Part shown: one piece after another, positions 36,563 to 46,666 of the stretch | How positions within the stretch are numbered: position 1 is the stretch's first letter | Layout: the number at the start of each line of letters is the position of its first letter | Assembly: GCA_021776115.1 (NCBI GenBank) | Contig: JAJFGN010000063.1 | Span: 18,375-82,374, forward strand | Source: Kiloniellaceae bacterium | GTDB taxonomy: Bacteria; Pseudomonadota; Alphaproteobacteria; Kiloniellales; J153 | Direction of reading: 5' to 3' | DNA: 64,000 nucleotides | The notes under the pieces: generated by a model | Database searches by the model: none | What the model saw: the letters and a program-made list of their open reading frames with translations, nothing else | What the model was told of the DNA's origin: nothing | Translations under genes and position numbers: made by a program

Positions 36563-38773
36563 GTGAAGGCAACACGGCGCATGATCGGCATAAGCTCTGA
36601 ATTCGGGACGAAATGGTTAACGCGCCTTCACGCTCGGGCGTTTCAGGTGTGTGCGGGGGCGGTTCTGGCTGTCGTCGCCTTGGGAGTGGCGGCGCCGTCG
36701 GTGTGGGCCGCGGCCAGCCCCTGGATCGACCAGGAGCAGGCACGTCTTCGTTTGCTGGCCGCCGCCGATACGGCCGGTGCGGAGGACACGATTTCGCTCG
36801 GCTTGCATTTCAAGCTCGAGCCGGGCTGGAAGGTCTATTGGCGCTCCCCCGGCGATGCCGGCTATCCACCGCAGATCGATTGGGCGGAATCGCAAAATTT
36901 GGCGGCTGCCGAGATGGAATGGCCGGTGCCGCACCGCTTCTCCCTGTTCGGGCTGCAGACCTTCGGATACGGCGATGAGGTCGTGTTTCCGATCGCGGCC
37001 CGGCCGATTCGGCCCGGTCAGGCCGTCGCCCTGCGCGCCAAGGTCGAATATCTGACCTGCAACGAGATTTGTATTCCGCGTGAGGCGGTCCTGGCGCTCA
37101 ACTTGCCGGCCGGGTCTGGCGAACCCACGGCCGACGGCTTTCTGATCGATACCTTTCGCCTGCGCGTGCCTGGCAAGGGCCCGGCTCAGGGGCTGGAGAT
37201 TGAAAAGGCCGTTCTGACCGGGACCTTGGCGGCGCCGGTGGTCGAAGTTACGGCGCGTTCCGACCGGCCTTTCGAGTCGCCGGACGTCTTGATCGAGGCG
37301 CCGCCAGGGTTCAGCTTCGCCGCGCCGGAGATAAGCTTCGCGGAGGCGCGGAGCCGGGCCGTGCTTCGTGTCGCGGCGACGGCGGCAGGCGGCGGGGTCC
37401 TGGAAGGCAAGCGGATCACCCTAACTTTGACCGATGGCCGGCGCGGCAGCGAGCGTCCGGTCGTCGCGCGTTATGCGGCCTCGGCGGCCGCGCGTACCGG
37501 CGGCGGCCCGGTCGATGTCGGGACGTTCGCGGTCATATTGGGCTTGGCGATTCTGGGGGGGCTGATCCTAAACCTGATGCCCTGCGTCTTGCCGGTCCTT
37601 TCCATCAAGTTGTTGTCGGTGGTCAAGCACGGGGGGCGCGCGCCTGCCGCGGTGCGGGTCAGCTTCCTGGCGTCCTCCGCCGGAATCATCGCGTCCTTCC
37701 TGGTCCTGGCGGGTGGGGCGATTCTGGTCAAATCGCTGGGTCTGGCGGTCGGCTGGGGCATCCAGTTCCAACAGCCGCTGTTCCTGACCGCGATGGCGGT
37801 GGTCGTGATTCTTTTCGCGTGCAATCTTTTCGGGTTCTACGAATTCGGCTTGCCGCGTTGGGCCCAGGGGACCGCCACGCTTGGCCAAGCCCGAGGCGGC
37901 GCGCCGCGCGAGCCGACCCTGACGGAACACTTCATGACCGGGGCTCTCGCGACCTTGCTGGCGACGCCGTGCTCGGCGCCTTTTTTGGGCACCGCCATTG
38001 GGTTTGCCTTGGCGCGCGGTCCGCTCGAAATCCTTTCGATCTTCGCCGCGCTCGGGCTCGGGCTGGCGCTGCCCTACTTGGTGATTGCCGCGGTACCGGC
38101 CTTGGCGACCCGCCTGCCGCGCCCCGGCCCCTGGATGGTCACGCTCAGGCGGGTGCTCGGTCTGGCCCTGGTCGCGACCGCGGTCTGGCTCTTGAGCGTT
38201 CTTAGCGCGCAGGTCGGCCTAGGTGGGGCCGTCGCCGCGGGCGCCCTGCTTGGCGCCCTGATCCTTGTGGTCTGGATGGGCCGCGCCCGGGACAGCCGGT
38301 CGCGCGCCACCGCGATCGCCACCCCGGCTTTGGCGGGAATTTTGGCGCTGGCCACTATTGCGCTGCCCGCCGGTCTGACCCCGCAAGCGGTGACCGCCAT
38401 AGCGGCACCCCAAAAAGGCGATGAGATCTGGCAAGCTTTCGACCAGGCCGAGATTTCGCGCCGTGTGGCTCAAGGCGAGATCGTCATCGTCGATGTGACC
38501 GCGGATTGGTGCCTGACCTGCCAGGTCAACAAGAAGCTGGTGTTGGACCGGGACCCGGTAAACTCACGAATCGCCGGGGAAGGGGTTACCGCGATGCGCC
38601 GCGACTGGACCCTGCCAAGCGACGAGATCTCGGCCTACCTCGAAGGATTCGGACGCTATGGCATTCCGTTCGACGCGGTGTACGGTCCCGGAGCGCCGGG
38701 TGGTATCGCGCTGCCGGAGCTTTTGACCAGCGAGGCGGTATTGAAGGCGTTCGAGCAAGCGGGTGGCGGTTGA
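36563..38773 (+). CDS. DsbD/ScsB-type disulfide reductase
   Basis: GWKVYWRSPGDAG, LNLMPCVLPVL, ATPCSAPFLG, TADWCLTC; start uncertain. Confidence 0.9.
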   Translation: MKATRRMIGISSEFGTKWLTRLHARAFQVCAGAVLAVVALGVAAPSVWAAASPWIDQEQARLRLLAAADTAGAEDTISLGLHFKLEPGWKVYWRSPGDAGYPPQIDWAESQNLAAAEMEWPVPHRFSLFGLQTFGYGDEVVFPIAARPIRPGQAVALRAKVEYLTCNEICIPREAVLALNLPAGSGEPTADGFLIDTFRLRVPGKGPAQGLEIEKAVLTGTLAAPVVEVTARSDRPFESPDVLIEAPPGFSFAAPEISFAEARSRAVLRVAATAAGGGVLEGKRITLTLTDGRRGSERPVVARYAASAAARTGGGPVDVGTFAVILGLAILGGLILNLMPCVLPVLSIKLLSVVKHGGRAPAAVRVSFLASSAGIIASFLVLAGGAILVKSLGLAVGWGIQFQQPLFLTAMAVVVILFACNLFGFYEFGLPRWAQGTATLGQARGGAPREPTLTEHFMTGALATLLATPCSAPFLGTAIGFALARGPLEILSIFAALGLGLALPYLVIAAVPALATRLPRPGPWMVTLRRVLGLALVATAVWLLSVLSAQVGLGGAVAAGALLGALILVVWMGRARDSRSRATAIATPALAGILALATIALPAGLTPQAVTAIAAPQKGDEIWQAFDQAEISRRVAQGEIVIVDVTADWCLTCQVNKKLVLDRDPVNSRIAGEGVTAMRRDWTLPSDEISAYLEGFGRYGIPFDAVYGPGAPGGIALPELLTSEAVLKAFEQAGGG

Positions 38774-38860
38774 TCGCGCGCGTGCAAAGGCTATCTTGCG
38801 TGTCTGAACCGGGCCCGGTACCGCGCGCCCGATAACTTGTTTTGGGGAAGGAATCTAAGA

Positions 38861-39343
38861 ATGACAATCAAGCTTGGCGACAAGGTTCCGGAAGTCTCGC
38901 TCGCTCACATGACCAAGGACGGCCCGGCGCCGATCTCGACGAGCGACATCTTCAAGGGCAAGAAAGTCGTGCTCTTCGCGCTGCCGGGCGCCTTCACGCC
39001 GACCTGCTCCGCGAAGCATTTGCCCGGCTTCGTCGAGAAGGCGGATCAGATCAAGGCCAAGGGCGTGGATACGATTGCGTGTCTCTCCGTCAACGATCCC
39101 TTCGTGATGGGGGCCTGGGGCAAGGACCAAAGCGTCGGCGAGAAGGTTCTGATGCTGGCCGACGGCAGCGCCGAGTTGACCAAGGCGATGGGACTGGAAC
39201 TGGACCTGACGCCGCGCGGCTTCGGCGTGCGCTCCGACCGCTACGCCATGATCGTGGACGACGGCGTGGTTTCGATGTTGAACCGGGAAGAGCCCGGCGC
39301 CTTCGAGGTTTCCGGCGCCGACGCGGTCCTCAAGGCGCTATAG
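38861..39343 (+). CDS. Peroxiredoxin (Prx5 type)
   Basis: PGAFTPTCS..HLPG, SVNDPFVM.AW, RS.RYAM. Confidence 0.95.
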   Translation: MTIKLGDKVPEVSLAHMTKDGPAPISTSDIFKGKKVVLFALPGAFTPTCSAKHLPGFVEKADQIKAKGVDTIACLSVNDPFVMGAWGKDQSVGEKVLMLADGSAELTKAMGLELDLTPRGFGVRSDRYAMIVDDGVVSMLNREEPGAFEVSGADAVLKAL

Positions 39344-39622
39344 CGGCGACCCGGCGACTGGACCGTCATTGTGGCGTTGCCTCCACGATAGGTCCTGTTT
39401 CAGGCGTGGTGCGGTCATCTCCGACGACAGTCCGGCACGGGAAACAGGTGCCAGGGCATGACTCTACCAACATGGGTGTGCTATGTTGGCTGTTGGAAAC
39501 GAGAGTGGACCTACAGGCCTCGCAGCACTCGCAGCACTCACGATATAAGTTTACCCAGTGCGGAAATACACCTGAAACAAACCACATCCGTGCCCCTGCA
39601 GCCAGATCACTCTTGCAGGAGG

Positions 39623-39651
39623 CTAGTGGATAGAATCTAACACTTAGCGCC
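39623..39651 (-). mobile_element. IS630-family end scar 1
   Basis: ctagtggatagaatctaacacttagcgcc; minus strand encodes VLDSIH*; 26/29 identical to 40853-40881. Confidence 0.65.
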
Positions 39652-39728
39652 AACAAGAACGGCAGGAACCCGTGACATTCCCCGAGGCCTAGGGGGCATC
39701 AAGAGTCGGATTTTCATCACTAGATAAT

Positions 39729-40856
39729 ATGCAGATCAAAGAAATCTTTCAGACGGCCGTTCCCGCGTGGATATCAGCCGTGGGAACATTGGCAATTGCT
39801 GTAGTCGCTTGGATCACGCTCGATCCGCTAGTAGAAAACCTGAACTTACGTTCAGAGAATGTGGGGCTAAGAGTCCAACTTGATGACCTTAACAGACAAA
39901 CGAAAGAGTCGGAGTCAGCTCTATCCATCGCCAAGATGCAAAGAGTTGCTGCCGAAAGCCAGTTAGAGAGATTCAATGCCGACTTAGCCAGAACGCGGGA
40001 AGATACCCGTTTGGCCCAGAGAGAATTGTCCGCCACTAGGGCACATACTGATCGCCTCCTGGAAATGAGCGCAAAGACACTCGAAACGCTAAATGAGCGC
40101 GATGAGGAACGGAGGAAGCTTCAGGAACAGAACAAAGAAATTCGCGTGGCAAATGCTGTACTCGATACTGAGAACGTCACCCTTCAAAAGCAAAACGTTG
40201 CATTAGCCGGCGAACGCGACAAGCTAATTTCCAGCCTATCGGATGCGCACCGCGAGGTAGCACGTGTTCGACATTCTCAACGAGTTTTCGTTATCGATTC
40301 GATACTGCAAAAAGCTAGAACACTCGTTCCGAACCCCTCGACCGGCTTCAAGAAATTCGTAGAGCTTAATCCCAAGGGGGAATGGCCGACGGTGACTGCC
40401 GCAGTGTCGACGTTAATGGGCGCGTTCCTCTCAGAGCCGCCGCCGCGACGAACCGGCCGTGAAGTCTTAAGGTCTCTGTACGAAGAACCGGAATTTGATC
40501 TATTTACTGAACAGGAACGCCAGTCCTTTGTGGCCAAGATCGAAAAATTCATGAATGTCCGCAAAGAAGAATTTGACCAACCGCTTGGCATTGACTTTCG
40601 AATAGGCGCAGAATTTGGTAAGGCAAGTCGACACGTAACGGATTTGAGGACTGCTCAAAACAAACAAACGAGAGTTGAGGTCGAAAAAGGGAAACCGGAA
40701 CGTGTGCCGACAGATCAAGATATCAAACAAGCGGAAGATATGGAGCGGCCGGCTCGCGAACTACATGAGAAAGAGATTCAGCGCGCAACAAGAGTGGTCG
40801 AAGAATTTCATTCCGCTTTAGACGAAATGAAGGCTAGCTTAACTGATCCTACCTAG
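39729..40856 (+). CDS. Orphan protein: N-terminal TM helix, long coiled coil, unknown C-domain
   Basis: 375-aa ORF, visibly lower GC than flanks, heptad-rich E/Q/R/L middle. Confidence 0.7.
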   Translation: MQIKEIFQTAVPAWISAVGTLAIAVVAWITLDPLVENLNLRSENVGLRVQLDDLNRQTKESESALSIAKMQRVAAESQLERFNADLARTREDTRLAQRELSATRAHTDRLLEMSAKTLETLNERDEERRKLQEQNKEIRVANAVLDTENVTLQKQNVALAGERDKLISSLSDAHREVARVRHSQRVFVIDSILQKARTLVPNPSTGFKKFVELNPKGEWPTVTAAVSTLMGAFLSEPPPRRTGREVLRSLYEEPEFDLFTEQERQSFVAKIEKFMNVRKEEFDQPLGIDFRIGAEFGKASRHVTDLRTAQNKQTRVEVEKGKPERVPTDQDIKQAEDMERPARELHEKEIQRATRVVEEFHSALDEMKASLTDPT

Positions 40857-40930
40857 TGGATCGAATCTAACACTTGGTGCCCGCGTTTGACGGCGGCGAT
40901 GATTTTGTCTGGACCTGTGGTCCAGGTGAA
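40853..40930 (-). mobile_element. IS630-family transposase C-terminal remnant and end (scar 2)
   Basis: Minus strand translates FTWTTGPDKIIAAVKRGHQVLDSIH*, a tail I recognise from alphaproteobacterial IS630 transposases, ending in CTAG. Confidence 0.75.
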
Positions 40931-41217
40931 GAACAACGGTCGACCAAGGGGCATTACCCAACGGCCATCGGACCGTCATGCGTTTCGCAACCCGGGAGAA
41001 TGTGATGCGAAGGTGGCGCCAGCGGCACATTGAGGTTATGTCCGCACCGGCTCATTCTTTGCCATGACGGCAACCCTGGGAGAACGTCGGCTTAGCAACA
41101 CTTTCTCACCGTTGAGGGATGCGACAATGGGCGCGGTTTCCGGACTTGTCTAGCGTCCTGGGTGGCGACGCCGGTTGAGGCCCGAACAGCCCCGGTGCAT
41201 GCGTGGGTTTGGGAGGC

Positions 41218-41658
41218 TCAGCGCTGGGCCGGGATCGCGGCGCGCGCCAGTTCGTCGGCGCGCTCGTTTTCGGCGTGCCCGTCGTGGCCTTTGACCCAGA
41301 CCCATTCGACGTCGTGCGTGGCCAGGGCCGCCTCCAGGCGCTGCCAGAGGTCCTTATTCTTGACCGGTTTTTTGTCGGCGGTTTTCCATCCGCGCCGCTT
41401 CCAGCCATGAATCCATTTGGTGATACCGTCCTTCACGTAGGTGCTATCGGTATAGAGGCGCGCCTTCGATGTGCGATTCAGGGTTTCCAGGGCCACGATC
41501 GCGGCCATCATCTCCATGCGGTTGTTGGTGGTCTGCGCCTCGCCGCCCGATAGCTCGCGCTCCGCGCCCTTGTAGCGCAGGATCGCGCCCCAGCCGCCCG
41601 GGCCCGGATTGCCCGAGCAAGCCCCGTCGGTGAAGATCTCGACCCTCTCAGCTTCCAT
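41218..41658 (-). CDS. rnhA: Ribonuclease HI
   Basis: [36 protein letters not shown]. Confidence 0.97.
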   Translation of the reverse strand: MEAERVEIFTDGACSGNPGPGGWGAILRYKGAERELSGGEAQTTNNRMEMMAAIVALETLNRTSKARLYTDSTYVKDGITKWIHGWKRRGWKTADKKPVKNKDLWQRLEAALATHDVEWVWVKGHDGHAENERADELARAAIPAQR

Positions 41659-42620
41659 CAATCTAACCCGTAAGCGCCGGGCCCACGGACACCCTGATGA
41701 AAGCGCAGCTTGTCCCGGTACTCCAGCGGGTCTTTGGGCCGGACCAGGGCGCCCTCCGGGTGGTGCAGCCAATCGTAGAGGCGGGTCAGAAGAAAGCGGA
41801 CCGAGGCGCCGCGCGCGAGTATGGGAAGCGCTTCCAGTTCCGCTTGCTCGAGTGGGCGCACACGGCGGTAGCTGTTGAGGAGCAGGCGCGCCTTGGTGAC
41901 GTTGAAGGCGTTGTCCGGCTCGAAGCACCAGGCATTCAGGCACACCGCGAGGTCGTAAGCGTAGAAGTCGTTGCAGGCGAAATAGAAATCTATGAAGCCC
42001 GATAAGCGTGGGCCCAGAAAGAAGACGTTATCTGGAAACAAGTCCGCGTGGATCACGCCGCACGGCAAACCCTGCGGCCAGTCCCGTTCCAGCGCCTCAA
42101 TTTCCCGCGCCAAGTCCTCGGCTAGGCCCGGGCGCACCTCATGCGCGCGGGCGCGGCTGCGCTCGAACAAGGGACGCCACCCGGTCAGGGACAGATCGTT
42201 GTCCCGGTGGAGCGCGAATCCCTCGCTAGCAACATGCATCCGGGCCAGGGCATCGCCCAGGAGGCGGCAGTGTTCCGGCTGGATGCGGCGCGGCGACAAG
42301 CCGTCGAGAAATGTGACGATCACCGCCGGCCGGCCGCACAGGTTGCGCAAGCTCTCTCCGTCCTTGCCCGCGACCGGCAAGGGGCAATCGAATCCCTTGT
42401 CGGAGAGGTGGTGCATCAGGCCCAGGAAATAGGGCAGGTCTTCCGCCCGGACGCGCTTTTCGTAAAGAGTCAGGATGTAGGTGCCCCGCGTCGTGCGCAG
42501 CAGGAAGTTGGAGTTCTCAACCCCTTCCGCGATGCCTTTGAACGACGTCACGTCGCCCAGGTCGTATTGGGTGAGGAAGCCGGTCAGGTCCTCGTCGGAG
42601 ACTTCGGTGTAAACGGCCAT
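41658..42620 (-). CDS. thrB: Homoserine kinase, type II
   Basis: [35 protein letters not shown]. Confidence 0.95.
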   Translation of the reverse strand: MAVYTEVSDEDLTGFLTQYDLGDVTSFKGIAEGVENSNFLLRTTRGTYILTLYEKRVRAEDLPYFLGLMHHLSDKGFDCPLPVAGKDGESLRNLCGRPAVIVTFLDGLSPRRIQPEHCRLLGDALARMHVASEGFALHRDNDLSLTGWRPLFERSRARAHEVRPGLAEDLAREIEALERDWPQGLPCGVIHADLFPDNVFFLGPRLSGFIDFYFACNDFYAYDLAVCLNAWCFEPDNAFNVTKARLLLNSYRRVRPLEQAELEALPILARGASVRFLLTRLYDWLHHPEGALVRPKDPLEYRDKLRFHQGVRGPGAYGLD

Positions 42621-42666
42621 GGGACAATCGGATCAGGCAGCCCAAGTGGGACGGGGCGCTAACGTA

Positions 42667-43626
42667 TCAGGCCAAGGCCTTGGTCTCGGTCAAGATACGC
42701 GGCAGCTTGAATTGCACGCTTTCGTTGGTCACCGTGATCTCTTCGATACTGACGTCGAAGCGCTCGCGGCAGGCGGCGATCACTTCCTCGACCAGGACTT
42801 CCGGGGCCGAGGCGCCGGCGGTGATGCCCAGGCTATCGATATCGGTCAAATCCGACCAATCGATGCCGCTGGCGCGCTGCACCAGCATGGAACGCTCGCA
42901 GCCAAGCTTGCGCGCGACCTCGACCAGGCGCTGCGAATTGGAAGAGTTGGGCGCGCCCACAACCAGCAAGGCGTCGCAACGCGGGGCGATGGCTTTGACG
43001 GCCTGTTGGCGGTTCGTCGTGGCGTAGCAAATATCCTCCTTCTTCGGCCCGTGAATGTCCGGGAATCTGCCGCGCAGGACGTCAATGGTTTCCGCCGTGT
43101 CGTCGACCGATAGCGTGGTCTGGGTAATAAAGGAGAGGCGTTGAGGGTCCTCGACCTCGACGCTCCGCGCGTCTTCGACGCTTTCGACCAGGAGGATTCG
43201 CCCATCCGGCACCTGGCCCATGGTGCCGATGACCTCGGGATGGCCGGCGTGTCCGATCAGGATGATTTGGCGGCCATAGCGGGCGTGCCGTTCCGCTTCC
43301 CGGTGAACCTTGCTGACCAGCGGGCAGGTCGCGTCCAAATAGAACAGCTTGCGCTGCTCGGCTTCGGCCGGCACCGTTTTGGGGACGCCGTGCGCCGAAA
43401 AAATCACCGGCACGTCCTCCGGCACCTCGTCCAAATCTTCGACGAAGACGGCGCCCTTTGCCTCCAGTCCTTCAACCACATAGCGGTTGTGGACGATCTC
43501 GTGGCGGACATAGACCGGCGGTCCGAATTTCGCGATCGCCTCCTCGACGATTTCGATGGCGCGCTCGACCCCGGCGCAAAACCCGCGCGGGCTGGCAAGC
43601 AAGATAGTCAGCGGTCGTTTCGTCAT
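42667..43626 (-). CDS. ispH: 4-hydroxy-3-methylbut-2-enyl diphosphate reductase
   Basis: [33 protein letters not shown]. Confidence 0.97.
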   Translation of the reverse strand: MTKRPLTILLASPRGFCAGVERAIEIVEEAIAKFGPPVYVRHEIVHNRYVVEGLEAKGAVFVEDLDEVPEDVPVIFSAHGVPKTVPAEAEQRKLFYLDATCPLVSKVHREAERHARYGRQIILIGHAGHPEVIGTMGQVPDGRILLVESVEDARSVEVEDPQRLSFITQTTLSVDDTAETIDVLRGRFPDIHGPKKEDICYATTNRQQAVKAIAPRCDALLVVGAPNSSNSQRLVEVARKLGCERSMLVQRASGIDWSDLTDIDSLGITAGASAPEVLVEEVIAACRERFDVSIEEITVTNESVQFKLPRILTETKALA

Positions 43627-43821
43627 GGCTTCCGGGGAGGGCTCCAATGTCAGCGGCTGAGCGGCCGCGCGGCTTGTAGAGGCTGAGACCATGTTATCGC
43701 AACTTGGACCGTCAGGCGACCCTTGTACTGGTCCAGGGGCTTGCCTAAAGTCGCTGCGGATTCGCGGGCGGCCCTGCCGCCGCGCCGAAACTAGTACACC
43801 TTCAACGCGGAAGGAAGAGGT

Positions 43822-44061
43822 ATGGCCGATCCGGTTCCAGCGCAAAAAGCGCCGTATCAATACACGGTGGAAGCGGGGCGGAACTATTTCTGGTGCGCCT
43901 GCGGTAGAAGCAAGAAACAACCGCTTTGCGACGGGTCGCACTCCGGCACCGATATTACCCCTTTCATTTATAAGGCTACCGAATCCAAGGAAGTTTGGTT
44001 TTGCGGATGCAAGGCGACCGGAAATCAGCCGCTTTGCGACGGAACGCACAAAACTCTGTGA
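43822..44061 (+). CDS. CDGSH iron-sulfur domain protein (two CDGSH motifs)
   Basis: [17 protein letters not shown] and [16 protein letters not shown]; GAGG RBS. Confidence 0.9.
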   Translation: MADPVPAQKAPYQYTVEAGRNYFWCACGRSKKQPLCDGSHSGTDITPFIYKATESKEVWFCGCKATGNQPLCDGTHKTL

Positions 44062-44648
44062 AGGGCATATACCCGGTGTTTTCACGTTACCTGTGCGGCG
44101 GCCGCAAAATCGGCGCGGCCCAAGGGCTCATACCGCTTCGGCGGTGGGGTGTGGGGCTTGCGGTTGTGGGGCCTATCGTCCTGGCGGCTTGCGCCGGGAG
44201 CGAGCCGCCGCCGCCACCGTGCCCGGCCGTGTCCGGAGTCACAGGGGCGCAGACACTGGTCCGCTTCGACCAAAGCGGGCAGGACCTCACCGACGTGCTC
44301 TTCGAGGCCGAAGTTAAGGACGTCGTCTTGCGTTGCGAGTACGACGACAATGTAGTTGAGGCCGATATGCGGGTGTCGATCGAGGCCGTTCGCGGCCCGG
44401 CCGATCTCAAGCGCCAGGCCAGTTTCAACTACTTCGTGGCAATCGCGACGCTCGACCGGAAGATTCTGGCGCGCGAGGAGTTCCGGCTAGAAGTTCCCTT
44501 CCCCGGCAACCGGAGCCGTGTCGCCGCGGTTGAGGAAATCAGCCAGCGAATACCCCTCAAGGCAGGCGAGGACGGCACGAATTACATTATCTATGTGGGC
44601 TTGGCTTTGACCCCGAAAGAGCTGAAATACAACCTCGATAACCGCTGA
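44058..44648 (+). CDS. Conserved alphaproteobacterial lipoprotein
   Basis: Lipobox LAAC, PPCP, YFVAI, IYVGL.LT..EL.YN; start uncertain. Confidence 0.75.
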   Translation: MKGIYPVFSRYLCGGRKIGAAQGLIPLRRWGVGLAVVGPIVLAACAGSEPPPPPCPAVSGVTGAQTLVRFDQSGQDLTDVLFEAEVKDVVLRCEYDDNVVEADMRVSIEAVRGPADLKRQASFNYFVAIATLDRKILAREEFRLEVPFPGNRSRVAAVEEISQRIPLKAGEDGTNYIIYVGLALTPKELKYNLDNR

Positions 44649-44787
44649 GGGCGGCGCGGGAAAAGGCGCCGCGCCACGTTCACGCGGGCTTGAAGGAAGG
44701 GGATGTTGACTTTCCACGCTAAGTGGCTAGCGTGGCACAACTATCCGGTCCGGTGTCCTTGCGGCGCCGTATCGGGAATGCCGAAAA

Positions 44788-45005
44788 TCCCTCGCGGGAG
44801 AGACTGGGTCCGCTAGTTGCGGGCCCGGCGCCGAAGGAGCAACCGCCCCGGAAACTCTCAGGCAAAATGGACCGCGCGGGATAGGCACCTCTGGAAAGCG
44901 GGCGTAATCGCGCCAGTAGGCGATGCGGTCCACCGAAGGAGTAAGCCGGCACGGTCTAAACAACCGTACCCGGTGAATCTCTCAGGTTCTCGAGACAGAG
45001 GGGGC
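44788..45005 (+). ncRNA. Tandem glycine riboswitch
   Basis: GGAGAG...CCGAAGGAGCAA...AAACTCTCAGG aptamer 1 and CTCTGGAAAG...CACCGAAGGAGTAA...AATCTCTCAGG..ACAGAG aptamer 2, directly upstream of gcvT. Confidence 0.93.
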
Positions 45006-45061
45006 GGTGACTGCACCAAGCGCGGTCGCGCCACCGATGTTCGCTTACGAGGACTAGATCC

Positions 45062-46183
45062 GTGACCGCTCCAGAGGCCGATACCAAGACCACTCCCCTC
45101 AACGCGCTGCACCGCGAACTCGGTGGCCGGATGGTGCCCTTTGCCGGCTACGAGATGCCGGTCCAATTTCCCGCCGGAATCCTGAAAGAGCATATCCATA
45201 CCCGTGAGGCGGCCGGCCTTTTCGACGTATCGCATATGGGTCAAGTGCGGCTGCGCGGCGCGGCGGCGCAGGCGATGGAACGCTTGGCCCCGGTCGATGT
45301 CGTCGATTTGGAACCGGGGAAGCAGCGCTATGCCCTGTTTACAAACGACTCCGGCGGTATCTTGGACGATCTGATGATCACCAATGCCGGCGATCACCTC
45401 TTCGTCGTCGTCAATGCCGGTTGTAAGGCGCAGGACATTGCGCACATGCGCGCCCATCTGGGAGACGAGGTCACGCTCGAAGTTCTGGACGACCGCGCCC
45501 TGCTCGCTTTGCAGGGGCCGCAGGCGGCGGCGGTCTTGGCGCGTCTGGCGCCGGCCGCGGCGAAGCTCCTCTTCATGACCGGCGCGGCTATCGAGATCGA
45601 CGGTGTGCCGTGTTTCGTTACCCGCTCCGGCTATACCGGGGAGGATGGTTTCGAGATCTCGGTGCCCGCGGACCGGGCCGTCTCGCTGGCAAAGCGCCTT
45701 CTAGCCGAGCCCGAAGTCGCGCCGATTGGCCTAGGCGCGCGCGACTCTCTGCGCTTGGAAGCTGGGTTGTGCCTCTACGGTCACGATATCGATACGACAA
45801 CCACGCCGCTGGAAGCCAGCCTCGCCTGGGCCTTGACCAAGACACGCCGGGCGGATGGCGCCCGCCCGGGCGGCTACCCCGGCGCCGAGGTCCTGTTCGA
45901 GCAATTCGCCAACGGGGTCACCCGCCGCCGGGTGGGCCTCAGGCCGGACGGCCGCGCGCCGGTGCGCGAAAGCGCTGAGTTGGTGGAGTCGACGGGGCGG
46001 CGCATCGGGCAGGTAACCAGCGGCGGATTCGGCCCCACCGTGGGCGGGCCGGTCGCCATGGGCTATGTTGAGAAAGAGCATGCCAAGCCGGGAACGGCGG
46101 TGCGGGCGATGGTGCGCGGCAAGCCGCTCGCGGTCACGGTCACGAAGATGCCCTTCGTCGAACAACGCTATTATCGAGGATAG
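45062..46183 (+). CDS. gcvT: Glycine cleavage system aminomethyltransferase T
   Basis: FAGYEMPVQ, LFDVSHMGQ, RSGYTGEDGFE, GLGARDSLRLEAG. Confidence 0.97.
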   Translation: MTAPEADTKTTPLNALHRELGGRMVPFAGYEMPVQFPAGILKEHIHTREAAGLFDVSHMGQVRLRGAAAQAMERLAPVDVVDLEPGKQRYALFTNDSGGILDDLMITNAGDHLFVVVNAGCKAQDIAHMRAHLGDEVTLEVLDDRALLALQGPQAAAVLARLAPAAAKLLFMTGAAIEIDGVPCFVTRSGYTGEDGFEISVPADRAVSLAKRLLAEPEVAPIGLGARDSLRLEAGLCLYGHDIDTTTTPLEASLAWALTKTRRADGARPGGYPGAEVLFEQFANGVTRRRVGLRPDGRAPVRESAELVESTGRRIGQVTSGGFGPTVGGPVAMGYVEKEHAKPGTAVRAMVRGKPLAVTVTKMPFVEQRYYRG

Positions 46184-46237
46184 TTACGTCGTGGGAACGA
46201 GAGCGCCGAAGCTTAGGCAAACTTTAGGGACAGAAGA

Positions 46238-46615
46238 ATGAGCAACCGGAAGTACAGCAAGGACCACGAATGGGTGACCGTCGAGGGAGACACCGGCACG
46301 GTCGGGATCAGCGATCATGCCCAGGAACAGTTAGGCGACGTCGTCTATGTCGAGGTGCCCGAGGCTGGCGCGACGCTCGAACAAGGCGGACAGGCGGCGA
46401 CCATAGAATCGGTCAAGGCCGCCAGCGAAATTTATTCGCCGGTATCCGGCGAGGTAATCGAGGGCAACGTGGCCCTCGCCGACGAGCCCGGCACGGTCAA
46501 TAGCGATCCGCATGGGGCCGGTTGGTTCTACAAGATCAAGCTCACGAAGCCGGCGGAGTTAGACGGCTTGATGGATGAGGACGCCTACAAGGCGTACCTC
46601 GAAAGTCTGGATTGA
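46238..46615 (+). CDS. gcvH: Glycine cleavage system H protein
   Basis: [21 protein letters not shown] (lipoyl-Lys). Confidence 0.97.
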   Translation: MSNRKYSKDHEWVTVEGDTGTVGISDHAQEQLGDVVYVEVPEAGATLEQGGQAATIESVKAASEIYSPVSGEVIEGNVALADEPGTVNSDPHGAGWFYKIKLTKPAELDGLMDEDAYKAYLESLD

Positions 46616-46666
46616 TTTTACGCTGACATAAACAACCGGCGCAGATCCTTTGCGCCGCACCGATGG

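Noticed and set aside
39623-40881. 29-bp direct repeats as CRISPR repeats or integron attC sites
   Set aside because: Only two copies 1.2 kb apart, no cas or integrase gene; better explained as IS630 ends
43627-44085. 150-aa N-terminal extension of IspH
   Set aside because: It is the antisense frame of the real CDGSH gene; IspH homology starts at [12 protein letters not shown]
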